This document shows, in pieces, positions 39,780 through 53,416 of a DNA stretch of 64,000 nt. A program made the translations under genes and the position numbers. This stretch comes from Octopus sinensis. Its lineage: Eukaryota. The notes beneath the pieces are model-generated. The model saw only the letters and a list, made by a program, of their open reading frames with translations. It was not told the DNA's origin and did not search any database. Every line of letters begins with the position of its first letter. Positions within the stretch are counted from its first letter, which is position 1. The stretch lies in NCBI RefSeq assembly GCF_006345805.1, contig NC_042999.1, forward strand, positions 105,586,001 to 105,650,000. Direction: 5' to 3'.

Positions 39780-40120
39780 TGGTTTGTCTTTGGTTCAAAT
39801 GATGGTGGGCTACAGCAAAATTCTGCTCTGTAGAACAGATTTGCTTGTAATTTATTTGATCCTAACCTGTTGAGCATGTCCCTAGTGGCTAATAATATAT
39901 GCATCTCTGATCAGGAGCAGAAGTAGTGGGTGGGCATCATAGCCATATGTTGGGAAGAATGCTTGTGGGTCTGAGTAATCACTCTGTAGCGCTCACATAA
40001 TCGTGATGCATATGCCTGGCGTACACGTATCGGGCAGGTAGTCATGATGGATAATGTGGGAATTGCATATATGTATCCCCGTTTCAGTATGATGGCGTGC
40101 GCTACTCTCTCTCAGTAATA
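39780..40120 (+). mobile_element. Same repeat, copy C (inverted, internally deleted)
   Basis: TTGAGCATGTCCC...GCATCTCTGATCAGGAGCAGAAGTAGTGGG...GCGTGCGCTACTCTCTCTCAGTAATAATGATAATAA is the reverse complement of copies A/B. Confidence 0.75.
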
Positions 40121-41040
40121 ATGATAATAACAATTCTACCGCCGAAGAAATCAACCTCCACTCCGCTTCAATATTCTAAGTTTCCTGAGGATTCCTTTGC
40201 AACTGGATGTGATAGTGTCACGATGGCTTCAAATTTAATCCTGTAATGCACAATGGCCTTATATGCTCCGAGGAGCCTTTTTCTTGTTGTTAGTCGTAAG
40301 TGACAGTTGATAGGCCAGCATGGTAAGTCAGTACAGAATCAAATATGCTCGAGTTAGAAACAATATATATCTGTAACCTCTGTCCTATAGTATTCCTATA
40401 TCGATACCCCTGTATTGGAAGAATGTGTTCATAAATGTGAACCCACTTCCAGCACAGGAGTCTAGTAGTTCTTCACTATTAACATTGATTTAGTGGTTGC
40501 ATTTCCTTCTATCACTTTTTCTCATTTCCATTGGCAGGTGAATTCAGGACTCCTTATGGGAGAAATATCTCTTAACGTCGTCTCAATTAGAAGTGACTTT
40601 CTCAAAGAAGGAAATATATTCAGCTTTGCAGTGTAGTGCATATACCTGTGACAGGCACAGCGGTCCTTCCTTCACTCCAACCTTCAGGAAGCAAAATTTT
40701 CCTCATAGTGAGATCCATTTCATAATACAATTCAACTGGGATATTTAAACTTCCCCTGCTTCAGCATGTGCATGGCGTTATGCCTGAATGGCAGAAGCAC
40801 TATCCTCCTCCTACCTCAACGGTTTTAGGACCGCAAACCGTTGCTGAAGAGACACCAAATATATCTTAGCCAATAGCGTTTGCCCCCCTCCGCTAATTCA
40901 TGCTCTTTGCCCACAACGTTTGTGATATTCTATTTTCCAAGCATTAGCGGTTATTTCCTCCTGGATTAGATTCGAGGCCATGGAAGCCCTCTCCACCCCT
41001 CCCAGAACCAGCCGCAAACTTATTGCTGCCTGTTCATGCA
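40120..41040 (-). mobile_element. RTE-clade LINE remnant (5' region and endonuclease)
   Basis: Minus-strand peptides KEGPLCLSQVYALHCKAEYISFFEKV, LLDSCAGSGFTFMNTFFQ and EAEWRLISSAVEL occur in the order expected for an RTE-type APE domain and its linker. Confidence 0.65.
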
Positions 41041-41084
41041 TTTAGTGGAGAATGTTATATATTTTTCGAGCAACTACTGCTACC

Positions 41085-41280
41085 TAAGATCCGAACACCT
41101 CTCTTGTTAACCCCCATGACGGACGATGCGATATGGTTTAACCAGTTAGTTAAAGACACCTTGCAAGCAAAGAAATACGCTTACAAAGCTTGGCTTGAAA
41201 ATATATCTCTGTTTCTGCACATGCATTGCACTAAACCAGGAAAAGTCGTAGCAGGAACAATGGAGAAGCTCAAGATTCAA
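41085..41280 (+). mobile_element. RTE-clade LINE fragment (post-endonuclease linker), opposite orientation
   Basis: Track ORF 41023..41286 contains WFNQLVKDTLQAKKYAYKAWLEN, matching the WWN..VK.AI.AKK.AYKAW linker motif. Confidence 0.6.
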
Positions 41281-42629
41281 GCTTAAAAGGTTTTGAGATT
41301 TTAAAGCGGCCATTAAAGTGTTCTAATAGACCATTCTTCTTCTTCATAACAAACAGCCCTCTTCCAGGCCTGCTATTAAAAACTCGGCCAGGGTCCTTCT
41401 CTCTAAAGAAAAGAGCATCCTTGAGAAGCGAAAACAACATTCTTATTTGGATGGAAGTTGTTGTTTGATAGCGCACTTGTGAACGTTTTCGTGTTTCACG
41501 TGCTGTACATTACGCAACCAAATAAATACAAATGATGCTTTTTCGATGTTTCTTGTAACAGACGGAGGAACATTTCATAAACAGCTTGAAGCTAATAAAT
41601 TTAATCTATATTTTGTAGTCAACCATTTTGCTTAGCGACACATAATATGAAATATGAATAATACGTAATATTTCATAGGCAGACAAAAATGACCCTTTAG
41701 CTTGCAGTTAATTCAAAGTAACTACAAATACTCTTATTGCAGCAGAATGCTAATGTGCTAAATATAAAATTGACACTTGAGAAGCAGAATGAGGTAATTA
41801 AAAGCGGTTAATTCTCATACAGTTCAATGACTTCATTTTGGGAATTGATAGCACTTCATGCGTGTGAACAATTTATTCACTTTACAGGTTCTGGCATACA
41901 CGTGTTTGTTCTATCAAAAACCATGGCGTAATTATGGTTCAGACAACGTCTATGAAGACAATTACGTAAGCGAAACATATTAATAAATATAAGTGCGCAT
42001 TGGTTTAATATGCTCTAGGTTATTAAATACATTTATAATATATAAATTAGAAATATATACAAAAAAAACGTTGAGTAGTGACGAAACGGATAAAAATTTT
42101 AATAAGTCAGAATGAATGCAGAGATTTATAACTAAATATTTGACCTTCACGATCTGGAGATGTTTTTGTGGTTTGCATAGCTACCAAGAGTGGCTATCTG
42201 AGCGGCAGAGCGTATATCTGAAATGGCCAATATGAACGGCCCGAAACAGTTCGCTGTGGAACATCACTCACTATTTGTGTATCCTTGAAGGTGCCTCCGT
42301 TGTTAAACGCTACCTTACTTCTATCTTTTAAAATGTCATGCACTCACTCTTAACATTTTCAACTCTCCCGAAATGAAGCAGCTTGTGACATCTTATACCA
42401 TGGTAGAAGTATGAGAGGCTATTCTAAACATATCACACCTACACATGTGTTGTTACGCAGCTATTATAACACACAATCGTATTACAGTAAGACCTGTGTC
42501 AGCCGCTTTCTACCTGGTCCAAATGTATGCTGGGTATCAGTCAGCATTTTTTTCTCTTTAAGAAACGCAATTCCTTGTGACTGATTCTTCCAAACTTTGT
42601 TGATGTATGATGCGACAGCTTTGAAAAAT

Positions 42630-42768
42630 TTTAGTCGAATTTAGCCCCAGTACTTACTAATTTTTGTAAAGCCTCGCATTTATTCCATACGCTGCTTTTG
42701 TTGAACTGTTATGCTACGGGGACGTAAACAAAAGAACACCGATTGTCAAACGGCGGTGGAGGACAAAC
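42630..42768 (-). mobile_element. SINE 3'-part fragment
   Basis: TACGGGGACGTAAACA...CCGATTGTCAAACGGCGGTGGAGGACAAAC matches ~62725-62780. Confidence 0.65.
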
Positions 42769-42877
42769 TCATATACAAAGACACAAACTCGCACATCACA
42801 CACACATATATAAATATACATACACATACACAGTCACATACGCATATACATACATACATACATATACATACACACAT

Positions 42878-42934
<57 letters not shown>

Positions 42935-43433
42935 ATATATGTTTGTGTGGGGGTATCTGTCTCTTACGGTGCACGTTGTATGAAAACGAAAATCTTGCTA
43001 TATTACGTAATATCGGGCAATGTTCCATTATTCCCGTTATTTCACTATTATTATTCTTCATCGTTGTGTTCACGTGTCTCTCATACTTGCCTCATTTTCC
43101 GATCATTTACTTTTACGTCTCAATATCAGAACTATCCTCTCTTGTATGAACAGTCTGCATTCTTTAATATTTCAAAGTTAGCATGTACTGTTATATTAAC
43201 CATTTTCCCTTATTTCATATTTGTCAAATGCATCCTAATAAGCTAAGTAAGGCCACCAAAAATGTCGACATATATTTACAACATTACATTCATGGTTACC
43301 CATAAAATATTTTTCCTTTTACCAAGCATATTTATGTTTATGCTTTGGAGCGTATCATTTGAAATCCGAGCTTCCAAGTGGATGTTAGAGTATCAATCTT
43401 TCCTAAATCAACTCCCAGTCACTAAATCAAGAA

Positions 43434-43475
<42 letters not shown>

Positions 43476-43811
43476 GGGAATTTTAGCCATATTCCCGAAA
43501 CACAAGATACGTTCAATAGGCATTATTAGTTATCATTCTATAATGCAATTGGTGAGCGTACCAAAAATTATATTCATATTTGCTTCTGAAAAGCTCATAA
43601 GCATGTCAATGCAGCTTGATTTTCGCTTCAAATATAAGATGAGAGTTATGTATTTACTTTGCTCGTGCGATCATCAACTGATCACTATCATATAATTACC
43701 CAGCCATTGCTTTCTTAAGCAAGTCGTCGCTAAAATAGTTTCCCAATAACGTTTAAAGCTTTCAGCACGCAAGTTTGAGGTGGCAAGCCTACATGCGCAC
43801 ATACAGAAATA

Positions 43812-44066
43812 TAAGACAAGGAATAAATAATGGTCACTCTATACTTCTTTATTGTAGTAAATTTAACTTACATTTGTTATAAGCAGAAGTGATTCTGATG
43901 AAAGTAGCGTTTCTTCTCTAGGTCGATCAATGTTTCTCAAGCGATTAATGAACTTATTAAGTAATCCTGTCAATAACGAACCAGTTAATTACTACTGGAA
44001 ACAGTTGTAAATCAAAGTTCCTACAATAATGAAATGAGGAACGACCATTATTTCTGCCTTGTCTTG
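43812..44066. mobile_element. MITE with ~28-bp imperfect TIRs and TA target-site duplication (Tc1/mariner-type)
   Basis: Left TA|TAAGACAAGGAATAAATAATGGTCACTC versus reverse complement of the right end TA|CAAGACAAGGCAGAAATAATGGTCGTTC; TA at 43810-43811 and 44067-44068. Confidence 0.6.
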
Positions 44067-45188
44067 TATATCGCTCCGTATAAAAACCAGCGTCACTAGA
44101 AGACCGCCATGGATTTTCAATATAGAATAGGATGAACTATAACCTCAGATACTGCCACAGAAATATGCAGAGTTCTTTACTAATCTATACAATATTTTAA
44201 ACCTGGTGTACTAACAGAGAGCCTATAAATTATTTTGCACGGAGTCACAATCCCTTAGAAGTATCTCTGTTCTAATATTTCACACAATTACTGTAAGCCT
44301 AAACAGAATATAAAAGTACTTACATATATGCATGCATGCATACATACATACATACATACATACATACATACATACATACATACATACATACATACATACA
44401 TACATTCATACATACATATATACATATATATACATACATTACATGTAATCATAAAAGCACCAATACGCACATTTGGCTAGATTGCTATTATAACCTGACA
44501 TCCATTCACTTATTAATATATTCTGAAAAAGTAAATTTACCATACTTACTTATTAACATATTGAACGACGAATTTAGTAGAATCATGAAGTGAAGGCGGA
44601 AGTGAACTGTTTACTTTACGCACAGGGAGCTACGATGGTGCATGAGTTTTAGAATTAAGAATATGATAGACATAATTTGCATCTCAGCAATGTATGATTT
44701 TATGATAGGCTAGCTACAGTTTTCGATAATGGGGGACATGAAATCTATGATAAAAAAGATATATTATATACACTTGACATAAAGAGAATTAGTAAGATGT
44801 AATAATTGTTGATGTTCTACTTGTGAACAGCAATATTTCAAGTCTATTTTGCATCACGTCTATATTTTATCATATGAACATTATGCATAAAAGACACATG
44901 CTCCCATCAATTCAATCTAAACCTCCTCATTAGAGAGATATATGTTCACTACAGATATACGTGACATTACATAATATGCACAAAGTTATGAATTCACATG
45001 TCCATAAATTTACCATCCTCTGGTAAAAAATGGGATTAAAAAGATGCAAGCAGATATCAATAATGTCAGTTTTAAACGAATATTTTTAACTATATCTAAC
45101 AAAACTAGTAAATGTAATTAGAATACACATTCATGGTAATTCCTCGTGTATGTTCATATGTATATATGTATATATGTATGTGTATATA

Positions 45189-45255
<67 letters not shown>

Positions 45256-45756
45256 ATATATAAAACACTATATGATAAAGGAACATATTAAAACATAATC
45301 ACATGAATTCAGGAACTTATGGGCCAAGTTACGTCAAAATGTATGAGATATAGGTGACACTCCCGCAATTATGGGAATAAGCATAAAATTGAAGAATTAT
45401 GTGCACGCACTCTAGCATGAGCAAAATGCATAATACTTGAGTGAGTGTGTGTGTGTCTGTGTGTCTGTGTTCGTGTGTGTGTGTGTATGTGTGTGTGTGT
45501 GTATGTGTGTGTGTGTGTGTGTGTATCAGTGCTTATATTTGCGTGTGTGTTTGCTTATGTTTGCGTATAGGATATTCTGCAATGATATACATAAGTATAC
45601 GCGTGTGAATTTATATTCATATTTATATTTAGAAATGTGTACGTGGTGGGATCTAATGTAAGGAGATAGTATTTAAGAGTTGTTGCTCTCATCTGTATAA
45701 TTATATATTTTTTCAAAAATCGCACACCATTCAAGGTATCTTCGCTGTATTCTCAA

Positions 45757-45847
<91 letters not shown>

Positions 45848-46589
45848 ACATTATACATAGTTCTGCAGAATCAGTGTCGCGACGGAAGCGCATGGGTTGG
45901 GAGCTTGATCGGCAGAGGTGATCAGGTTGCATATGTCAAACCTTTTGAAAACACCACCTCCATCATGTAAGCCCCCCTTTGCTCATGGGTTGGAAACCTG
46001 TCCAGCAAGTAATATAGAACACCCAAAATGGCATCCGATCCCCTGTGTGAGAAGCGGTTATATTCAGATCACAACTAAGTAGATATATATATATATATAT
46101 GGGCAACACACACACACACACACACACAAACATATACATATTTTTATCAATTATTATGCTTGTGCAACCCATTAAAAATTAGACAAATATCAAAATTTAT
46201 GGATTATTGTTTTGTTTAATTTAAACATCTTCACAGGTTGAAGAGCATGAGGATACGTGTCGTTATCAATTGAACTGAAACTATTTACTGTTCAATCACC
46301 CCTCTGTTATTTAGAGCAGTCATATTTGTCTAACAAAATTGTTATTTCATTCTTCTCTCTTTGGTTGGCAAGTGATATTTTCTATTTGTTTGTATCTAGG
46401 CATCAAATGAAGTGACAACCTTTAAATTTCACTTTTGCGACCTGGACATGAATGTTTTAAAGCAGGCCTATTTTCCACGACACTTCAGAGAGATTTAACG
46501 CTGAATTGCTGAAGCAGAAATATCGTTATAGTATATATTCTACTCAGTACTATAGATTTGCTGGTCATTTATTTCACATTAACCAATAA

Positions 46590-46655
46590 TTGCATCTCTG
46601 ATCATGAGCAGGAATCGTAGGGAAGCATCATAGCCATGTCCCGAGAAAGATTATC
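46590..46655 (+). repeat. Fragment of the ~550-bp repeat family
   Basis: TGCATCTCTGATCATGAGCAGGAATCGTAGGGAAGCATCATAGCCATG aligns with ~39900-39950. Confidence 0.65.
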
Positions 46656-49644
46656 TGGGGTTTGAAGGCAATATTAGCTAGTTTTAGAAATTTCTAGGAA
46701 GCAAATAGGAAATAACAGTTGCTACCCAAGGAGAAATATTCTGTTACACAGTGATACAAGGACAAAATATATATAAAAGGGAACGATAATATAGGTAAAT
46801 TTACTTTTCTCTACATAGGAACTGAATTAATGCCTCAAACATTTATTTCTATGACACGTAGAATACCGCTCATTGAAAATGTTGGTATATAATATAATCT
46901 AAGCATACTTCATTAATGAATCGAAAACAGGTCAAACTTCCTGCTTGAAGTACACTTCTATTTCATTTGAGGCCTTTGGCACATCTACAAATAACAACTC
47001 CTAAGTATACAGATAAAAGAAAACCACTACAGGTCTATCACTGTGAAGAATTATATGTTTAGAGAACATACAGGCGATGAAATGATTAAAAGTTCTTGGG
47101 GCGTTATTCAAATAGCAATGATGGCCCAGTACACAGAAATATGCAACAGCTTACAACAAAAGTGAAAATCCGTCGTGCATGTTTTGTTTTTTGCCGTCTT
47201 CACAAAAATAATTTTACTTTCAGAAATATTATTTGGTTATATGCCAGGTAACAGATAAACTATAGCTATTCTTTTTAGCAGGGTGTAATAGAATGTAAAT
47301 ACTGTAACTGTTAACGGCTATAATTCAGCTATATTTCTATCAAGCTCGTGTTAGTTATTTCAGAAATTTAAAATTATTCGTTAAGTAAGAACGTCAATTC
47401 CATAGCTGAGTGATGTACAAGAATGCTGTTTCACAAACCGAAGGTACAATGGTTCGTTTCCTTATATATCAATGCATTTTACTTGTTTCCGTACATATCT
47501 TCGTTCAATTAACCACTGTAAGTAGTTTACTCGCATTTCCCTTAGCTTGCTGCATTGCGCATAAATCCTTCATTTCACCCAAATAAGTTACACGGGTGGT
47601 TTAAGTCTTGAAATTGTCCACAGATCTATCGGAACAAGAAAACTGAATTAAATTCCTATATGCATTTTGAAATGTATTAGAAGTTACGTAAAATACAAAT
47701 TATAACTGATCTTTGTTGTTGGTGTTACAGATATATAACTTATAAATATATAATACTGTAGATGCATAATTTATAAATATATAATATTCTCTATTTGTTG
47801 CTCATTTCAAATGATGAGGAGCAGATCATTTGGTGAACAACCAGGATGTGGCGAGGAATGAAGTGTTCTCTACCGTTTAAGATAAAATCCAGTGACAAAC
47901 ATTATAACTTGTGCCTTGATATCTTAAGATTTAGCACGGAGATAGTACGGTCCCCGCACCACAGTAATTATGGAGTGTCTGATGCTACTGATTTAGCCAC
48001 AGAATCTGAACCTTAGGAAAGAAAATTAGATAAAAATAAAAATTTTATAACTTAAACGTGGAAAGAATATGAAAACTGAAATAAGTTTCAACGTACTACG
48101 AAAAGAATGAACATTCCAGTCTCCACGCACGGGAAACTATAATATCATTTATTATTAGCCTTCTTTCGAACAGGGAATAACATAGGAGCAGTTACAGTTA
48201 CAAGATTAAAGGTGTTTGACTTGCCGGGCAGACAGAAATTGTTTACAGCCACCTCGATTAGACGGTAGGTATATTGGAGCGGATCACACCAAACTCACCA
48301 TTGAATGTCATTGGTTAACTCTGAATAAGACTTCTGGTCTGCGAATACAAAAATATTTCGCCACCTTTCCATAAAGCTTGAAAATGCTACAGAGTATCAT
48401 GTTAATATAATCTCTTACAACAGCATAATACAATAATTTCATATACCAAGAAACGTTTATCGTATCCCGTTGCAACCTGAACTTGATAGCACGCAACTAC
48501 GAATCTTCACAACACTACGGATGCAGGAGCTGACAATTACTGAAGATTACCACATATGATTTAACTTACTGAGCATAGCAGAAACTGACATCATAAGGAA
48601 TGGTGTTTCTTTTCACCTCCAGAAAATATTTCAGCTTACATTCATTTGACTGCATGGCATAATTTTACTGACAACGCGAATCAGATCATCCTCACAAAAT
48701 TGCTGTGTCCAATTTTTTTTTGTCGATAGCAAGTTGCTTTCTTCTCATATTTAACTGACATTCTGAAATTGCCATTCAACTACTCTCGATATTACTCTTC
48801 TACTCAACACACCCATAATGTCACGCTGAGACACAACACTAACCATTACGCCCAGAATATTCTTACTCCGATCATCGGTTCTCTCGAACTTCGTTTTAGG
48901 AAATTCTTGTTATATTTCTTTTAGCAATGTAGGAGAAGCAACTGTTCAGAAAGTGCCCAAACAAATACAGTAGTTAACAGCGCAAACCACCGGAGTCTTA
49001 TAGACGGTAGAGTATTTCTCAAACGTCATCAAATAAAATAGAAAGCGCAATCTTAAGATATTAGAGCTAGAGTTATTGGAGAGGGAATGGTCTACACCTA
49101 GTTCAACTGTTTAAATCTTTCAGATATCTGAATATATTCTATGAACGGAAAATCAATTAGAAATAATGTAAATATATATTCCTTATGATAACCAGAAAAA
49201 TATAAAGTGGGAATATAGAATATACTGTATGAAACAAACTGGAATTATAAGATATAATTTAAATGAGTGAATGTCCACCAGTTGTAAATTGGAGCTACTA
49301 TAATTTAACAAGCAGAAAAAAAGAGAACTGTGTTACTTAATCCAACTGTAAAGGATATGTGAAACTTTTATCCATACACAGTACATAAGAATGGATTTCG
49401 TTCAGATTTCTCTACTTCTTTGACCCTAATCGAAGAAAATTTCTCTAAGAGCTATGTGGCAGCCAAGACATTATACCGAAAACTCATAGTTGGACGAATA
49501 CATATCACGAATATTCCACTTACAATCAACTGTTTGAAATTTCATGCAACCATACCCATTTCTAATTACAAACAAAATCTATCCGCAGAGAGATTATTAG
49601 CACTTCCTCGATAGAATTTTCAATGGAATGAAGTATTTTAGCAC

Positions 49645-49658
49645 TATATGTATGTATG

Positions 49659-49698
<40 letters not shown>

Positions 49699-50087
49699 CA
49701 TACATATGCGTGTGTGTCTGTGTGTCTGTGTGTGTATGTGAGTGTGTGCGTGTGTGTGTGCGTGTATGTGTATATATGTGTATATACGTATATATATATA
49801 TGTATATGTATATATATATGAATGTATATATATACACATACATACATACGTGTGGATGAGTGAGTGAGTAAGTGAGTGTGTATGAGCGTGTGCACCCGTG
49901 TGCATGCATTTGTATGTAGGCATTTAAGTATTCACAGCTACCATCGCATTTCTAAAGACATTTTGTGGTCTACTTTCTGCACTGTAAATATATATTAGTC
50001 ATCATATGTTACTATTTTAGGCAGAAGCTCATAGAAGTTGGCAATAAAATTTTAGCTCAAATCAATGGACAGCTTCAACACGGAAAT

Positions 50088-50156
<69 letters not shown>

Positions 50157-50250
50157 CACACACACACACACACGCACATATATATATATATATATACACA
50201 CACGCTCACACACACATATTTTGATATCTGTTTGTCTGACTATATATTTC

Positions 50251-50284
<34 letters not shown>

Positions 50285-50388
50285 TGTATGTATGCATGTA
50301 TGTATGTATTTATACATGTATGCATGTATAAATATGTGTGTGTCTGTGTGTGTGCAGATACATGTGCATATATATGTATGTCTGTCTG

Positions 50389-50462
<74 letters not shown>

Positions 50463-50560
50463 TATATGCATGTATGTGTACGTATATATGTGTGCATGTA
50501 TGTTTATATATGTATGCATGGATTTATGTATATAATCAATGATATATATCATATGTAGAG
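49645..50560. repeat. Dense compound microsatellite cluster (TA, TG, CA, TATG, TC)
   Basis: Directly visible; explains the overlapping low-complexity ORFs at 49562-50558. Confidence 0.95.
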
Positions 50561-51169
50561 AATGATGATGAACAATACCATTCCAATATTCTTTCTGAGA
50601 TAAGCATACTTCATGGTTGCCACTTTCATTTTGGTTAACTTCTTGTTGAAAGCAAATTTTGTAAGAAAATCATTTGGTGTTACAGTGCAACATTTTGCTA
50701 GTCTTCCATTTTCATACATGAATAGCTGCTTTCTATTAACGGCTAACAGCAGAAAAGGTTGTTAACGAGATTTCAATATCCTTACTGAAATCTGAATATG
50801 TTTGCGAAGAATCCTACGAATCATTATTAAAATCACCGTGTGAAAATCCACTGAAGCAAACATATCAATGTACTTGCATGGATGTTGAGATATATCGATA
50901 AAGACCATGTAGGAGAGATGTTCAATCCTAGCTAAGAAATCTAATCTAATTTAATATAATTCGATTTTTCCTTCTTTCATTTTATTTTCATTTCTCATAT
51001 TTATCATGTAAAATGGTGTATGGCAATATTTAGAGTTAGGACATTAGCATATAAAACACTAGTGTATACTATCGGCCTTAAGACATTTACGAGAATATCA
51101 GTTATGCACAACACAAGGACATGGGTAAGAAATATTACTAAATATTTAAATCCCAGCGACAACCCTTTA

Positions 51170-51421
51170 TTCCTCCGCATCCTCCGACTCATCCTCCCGT
51201 TCCTATCACTCCTACTCCCATTCCCCACCTCCTCATACCCCTCCTCCGCTCCCTTCTCCTGTTCTACTTCTCCTTCTCTTCCTCCTGCAGTCTCTTTCTT
51301 CCTCATTCTCTTCCTCCCTTCCTTCTTTCCGTCTTTCCTCCTCCCCCTCCAACAGTCAGCCGTCCTCCTTTTCCTGCTCCGTCTGCCCTCTTTCTTCAAA
51401 TTCTCTCCTTGTCCACCGCTT

Positions 51422-51452
<31 letters not shown>

Positions 51453-51454
51453 TT

Positions 51455-51515
<61 letters not shown>

Positions 51516-51516
51516 A

Positions 51517-51553
<37 letters not shown>

Positions 51554-51660
51554 ATTCTTTTCCTTCTTCTTTTCTCTTTTCCTTCATTCTCCTCCTCCTC
51601 ATCGTAATCATCATCATCGTCATCGTCATCATCGTCATCATCGCAATTATCTCCATCGCG
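51170..51660. repeat. Pyrimidine-rich low-complexity tract grading into (CTT)n, (CTA)n, (CCT)n and (ATC)n
   Basis: Directly visible; explains ORFs 51004..51672, 51020..51607, 51409..51678 and 51450..51656. Confidence 0.92.
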
Positions 51661-51770
51661 TTCGTCTCTCAATCTTAACTCTCTGAGAAAAAAATCTCCT
51701 CTCCAATCATTATAACTCTATCAAGGAATTTCGAAATGACTCTAAACACACACACACACTCATATATAGA

Positions 51771-51803
<33 letters not shown>

Positions 51804-51949
51804 ACACACACACGCACATACACACACACATATATATATGTATATATCTGTATCTACATATCTCTCTATATATTTATGTAGGAATGTATGTGTATGTGTG
51901 GGTGTGTATGTGTGGGTGTGTATGTGTGAGTGTGTATTTGTGTGTCTGT

Positions 51950-52075
51950 GTTTGTCCCCCATCATCGTTGGACAGCCGCTGTATGTTAGTTTACGTCCTC
52001 GTAATATAGCGGTTCGGCAAAAGACACCTTTAGAATAAGTAGCATGCTTACAAAGAATAAGTCTTGATGTCGAAA
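51950..52075 (+). mobile_element. SINE 3'-part fragment
   Basis: TTTACGTCCTCGTAATATAGCGGTTCGGCAAAAGA...AGAATAAGTAGCATGCTTACAAAGAATAAGTC is homologous to ~62390-62465. Confidence 0.65.
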
Positions 52076-52086
52076 TCGGTAGAAAA

Positions 52087-52215
52087 GAGTATTTGGACAT
52101 TCTGGAGACCACTCTATTACCTTGGATGGAGCAGAAGTTTCGGCTTGACAATGTGCTGCTTATCCAGGATGCTGCATCATGCAATGGGTGAACAGCGGCA
52201 CAGCCTTCCTTGGTG
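52087..52215 (+). mobile_element. Tc1-like transposase DDE-domain fragment
   Basis: EYLDILETTLLPWMEQKFRLDNVLLIQDAASCNG* then, shifted, FLGEKLP; matches the Y..IL...LLPW...QD.AP.H catalytic-region pattern. Confidence 0.65.
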
Positions 52216-52582
52216 AAAAGTTACCATTTTTTGAGCATATACAAGATCATATATATATATATATTTACATACACGTAACTATACGGATAATACACATCAC
52301 AATATATACCAGGAAGGTATACACAGAAATAATATATGTTAGTGTGTAGGAACACAAAATAAAAATCTATGAAGCCTGGAGTCAGAGAAGTATAGTCTTC
52401 TTTTGAAATATTTCTGCTATATTCCATACCGCAGCTTAAAAACACACGGACGTACATACTAGTAACTTATACATATTCATGTTCATACATCTATTCATTT
52501 ATATGCGTATGACTACATACATGCATGCATTCACACACATACACACACACACAGACATATATATATACATACATATACATAT

Positions 52583-52668
<86 letters not shown>

Positions 52669-53383
52669 CACACGCTTACACACACACATGCACACATATT
52701 GTTACAGAGAGAAATCAAACACATGCCAGTAGCTACGCGTTAGATAAAATGAAATGGAAAAAGCTGAAAATTTAAAAAAATATATATTTAACAGAAAATA
52801 AAATGAAACAAGTAGAAATGAAATGAAGACATAGAAGAAACAAATCGAAACTGAATTTTGATTTATTTTCACAATAAAAATAATTCAATTAGTAATGCCG
52901 TTCTGTGGAATTTAAATCAATGCCTCAGTTGTAGGTTCCTACAGATAGTCTCTTAAATCATTGAAGTTTTGCCTGCTTAAAATTCAAAAGTCTGTTCGGG
53001 GTACTTCATTCTTTGAACTTTTAAGCTATCTTAGCAAGATGCAGATATTCTACGTTTTATATGTGCATGGAGTTTTTGTGGCTTTGTATTCTTAGAGAAT
53101 TATTGAGGAAGGTTGTTCTAGAGGAAAGGGTATGTAACTGATAGTGGATTCGGTAAGAGTTGAAATATATGGTATGTGCAGTCTTTAGTTGTAGCTGTCT
53201 GTAGAAGAGATTATTTTAGTGATACAAATGAGGAGCTTAATGACGTTACACATGGCGGTAATGATGATGATAGCACATGATTATAGTGACGATGGTGGTT
53301 CTTCTTATCGTTGTTGCTATTTCCGATACTGAGGCTGCGCAGGTTGCTGTTGGTGGCGTCCATGCTAACGGAGACTGCAGCTG

Positions 53384-53416
<33 letters not shown>

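Noticed and set aside
51004-51678. Long ORFs of 195-222 aa (poly-D/E/S/R, poly-L, poly-T, poly-V)
   Set aside because: Entirely explained by trinucleotide and pyrimidine-rich low-complexity sequence.
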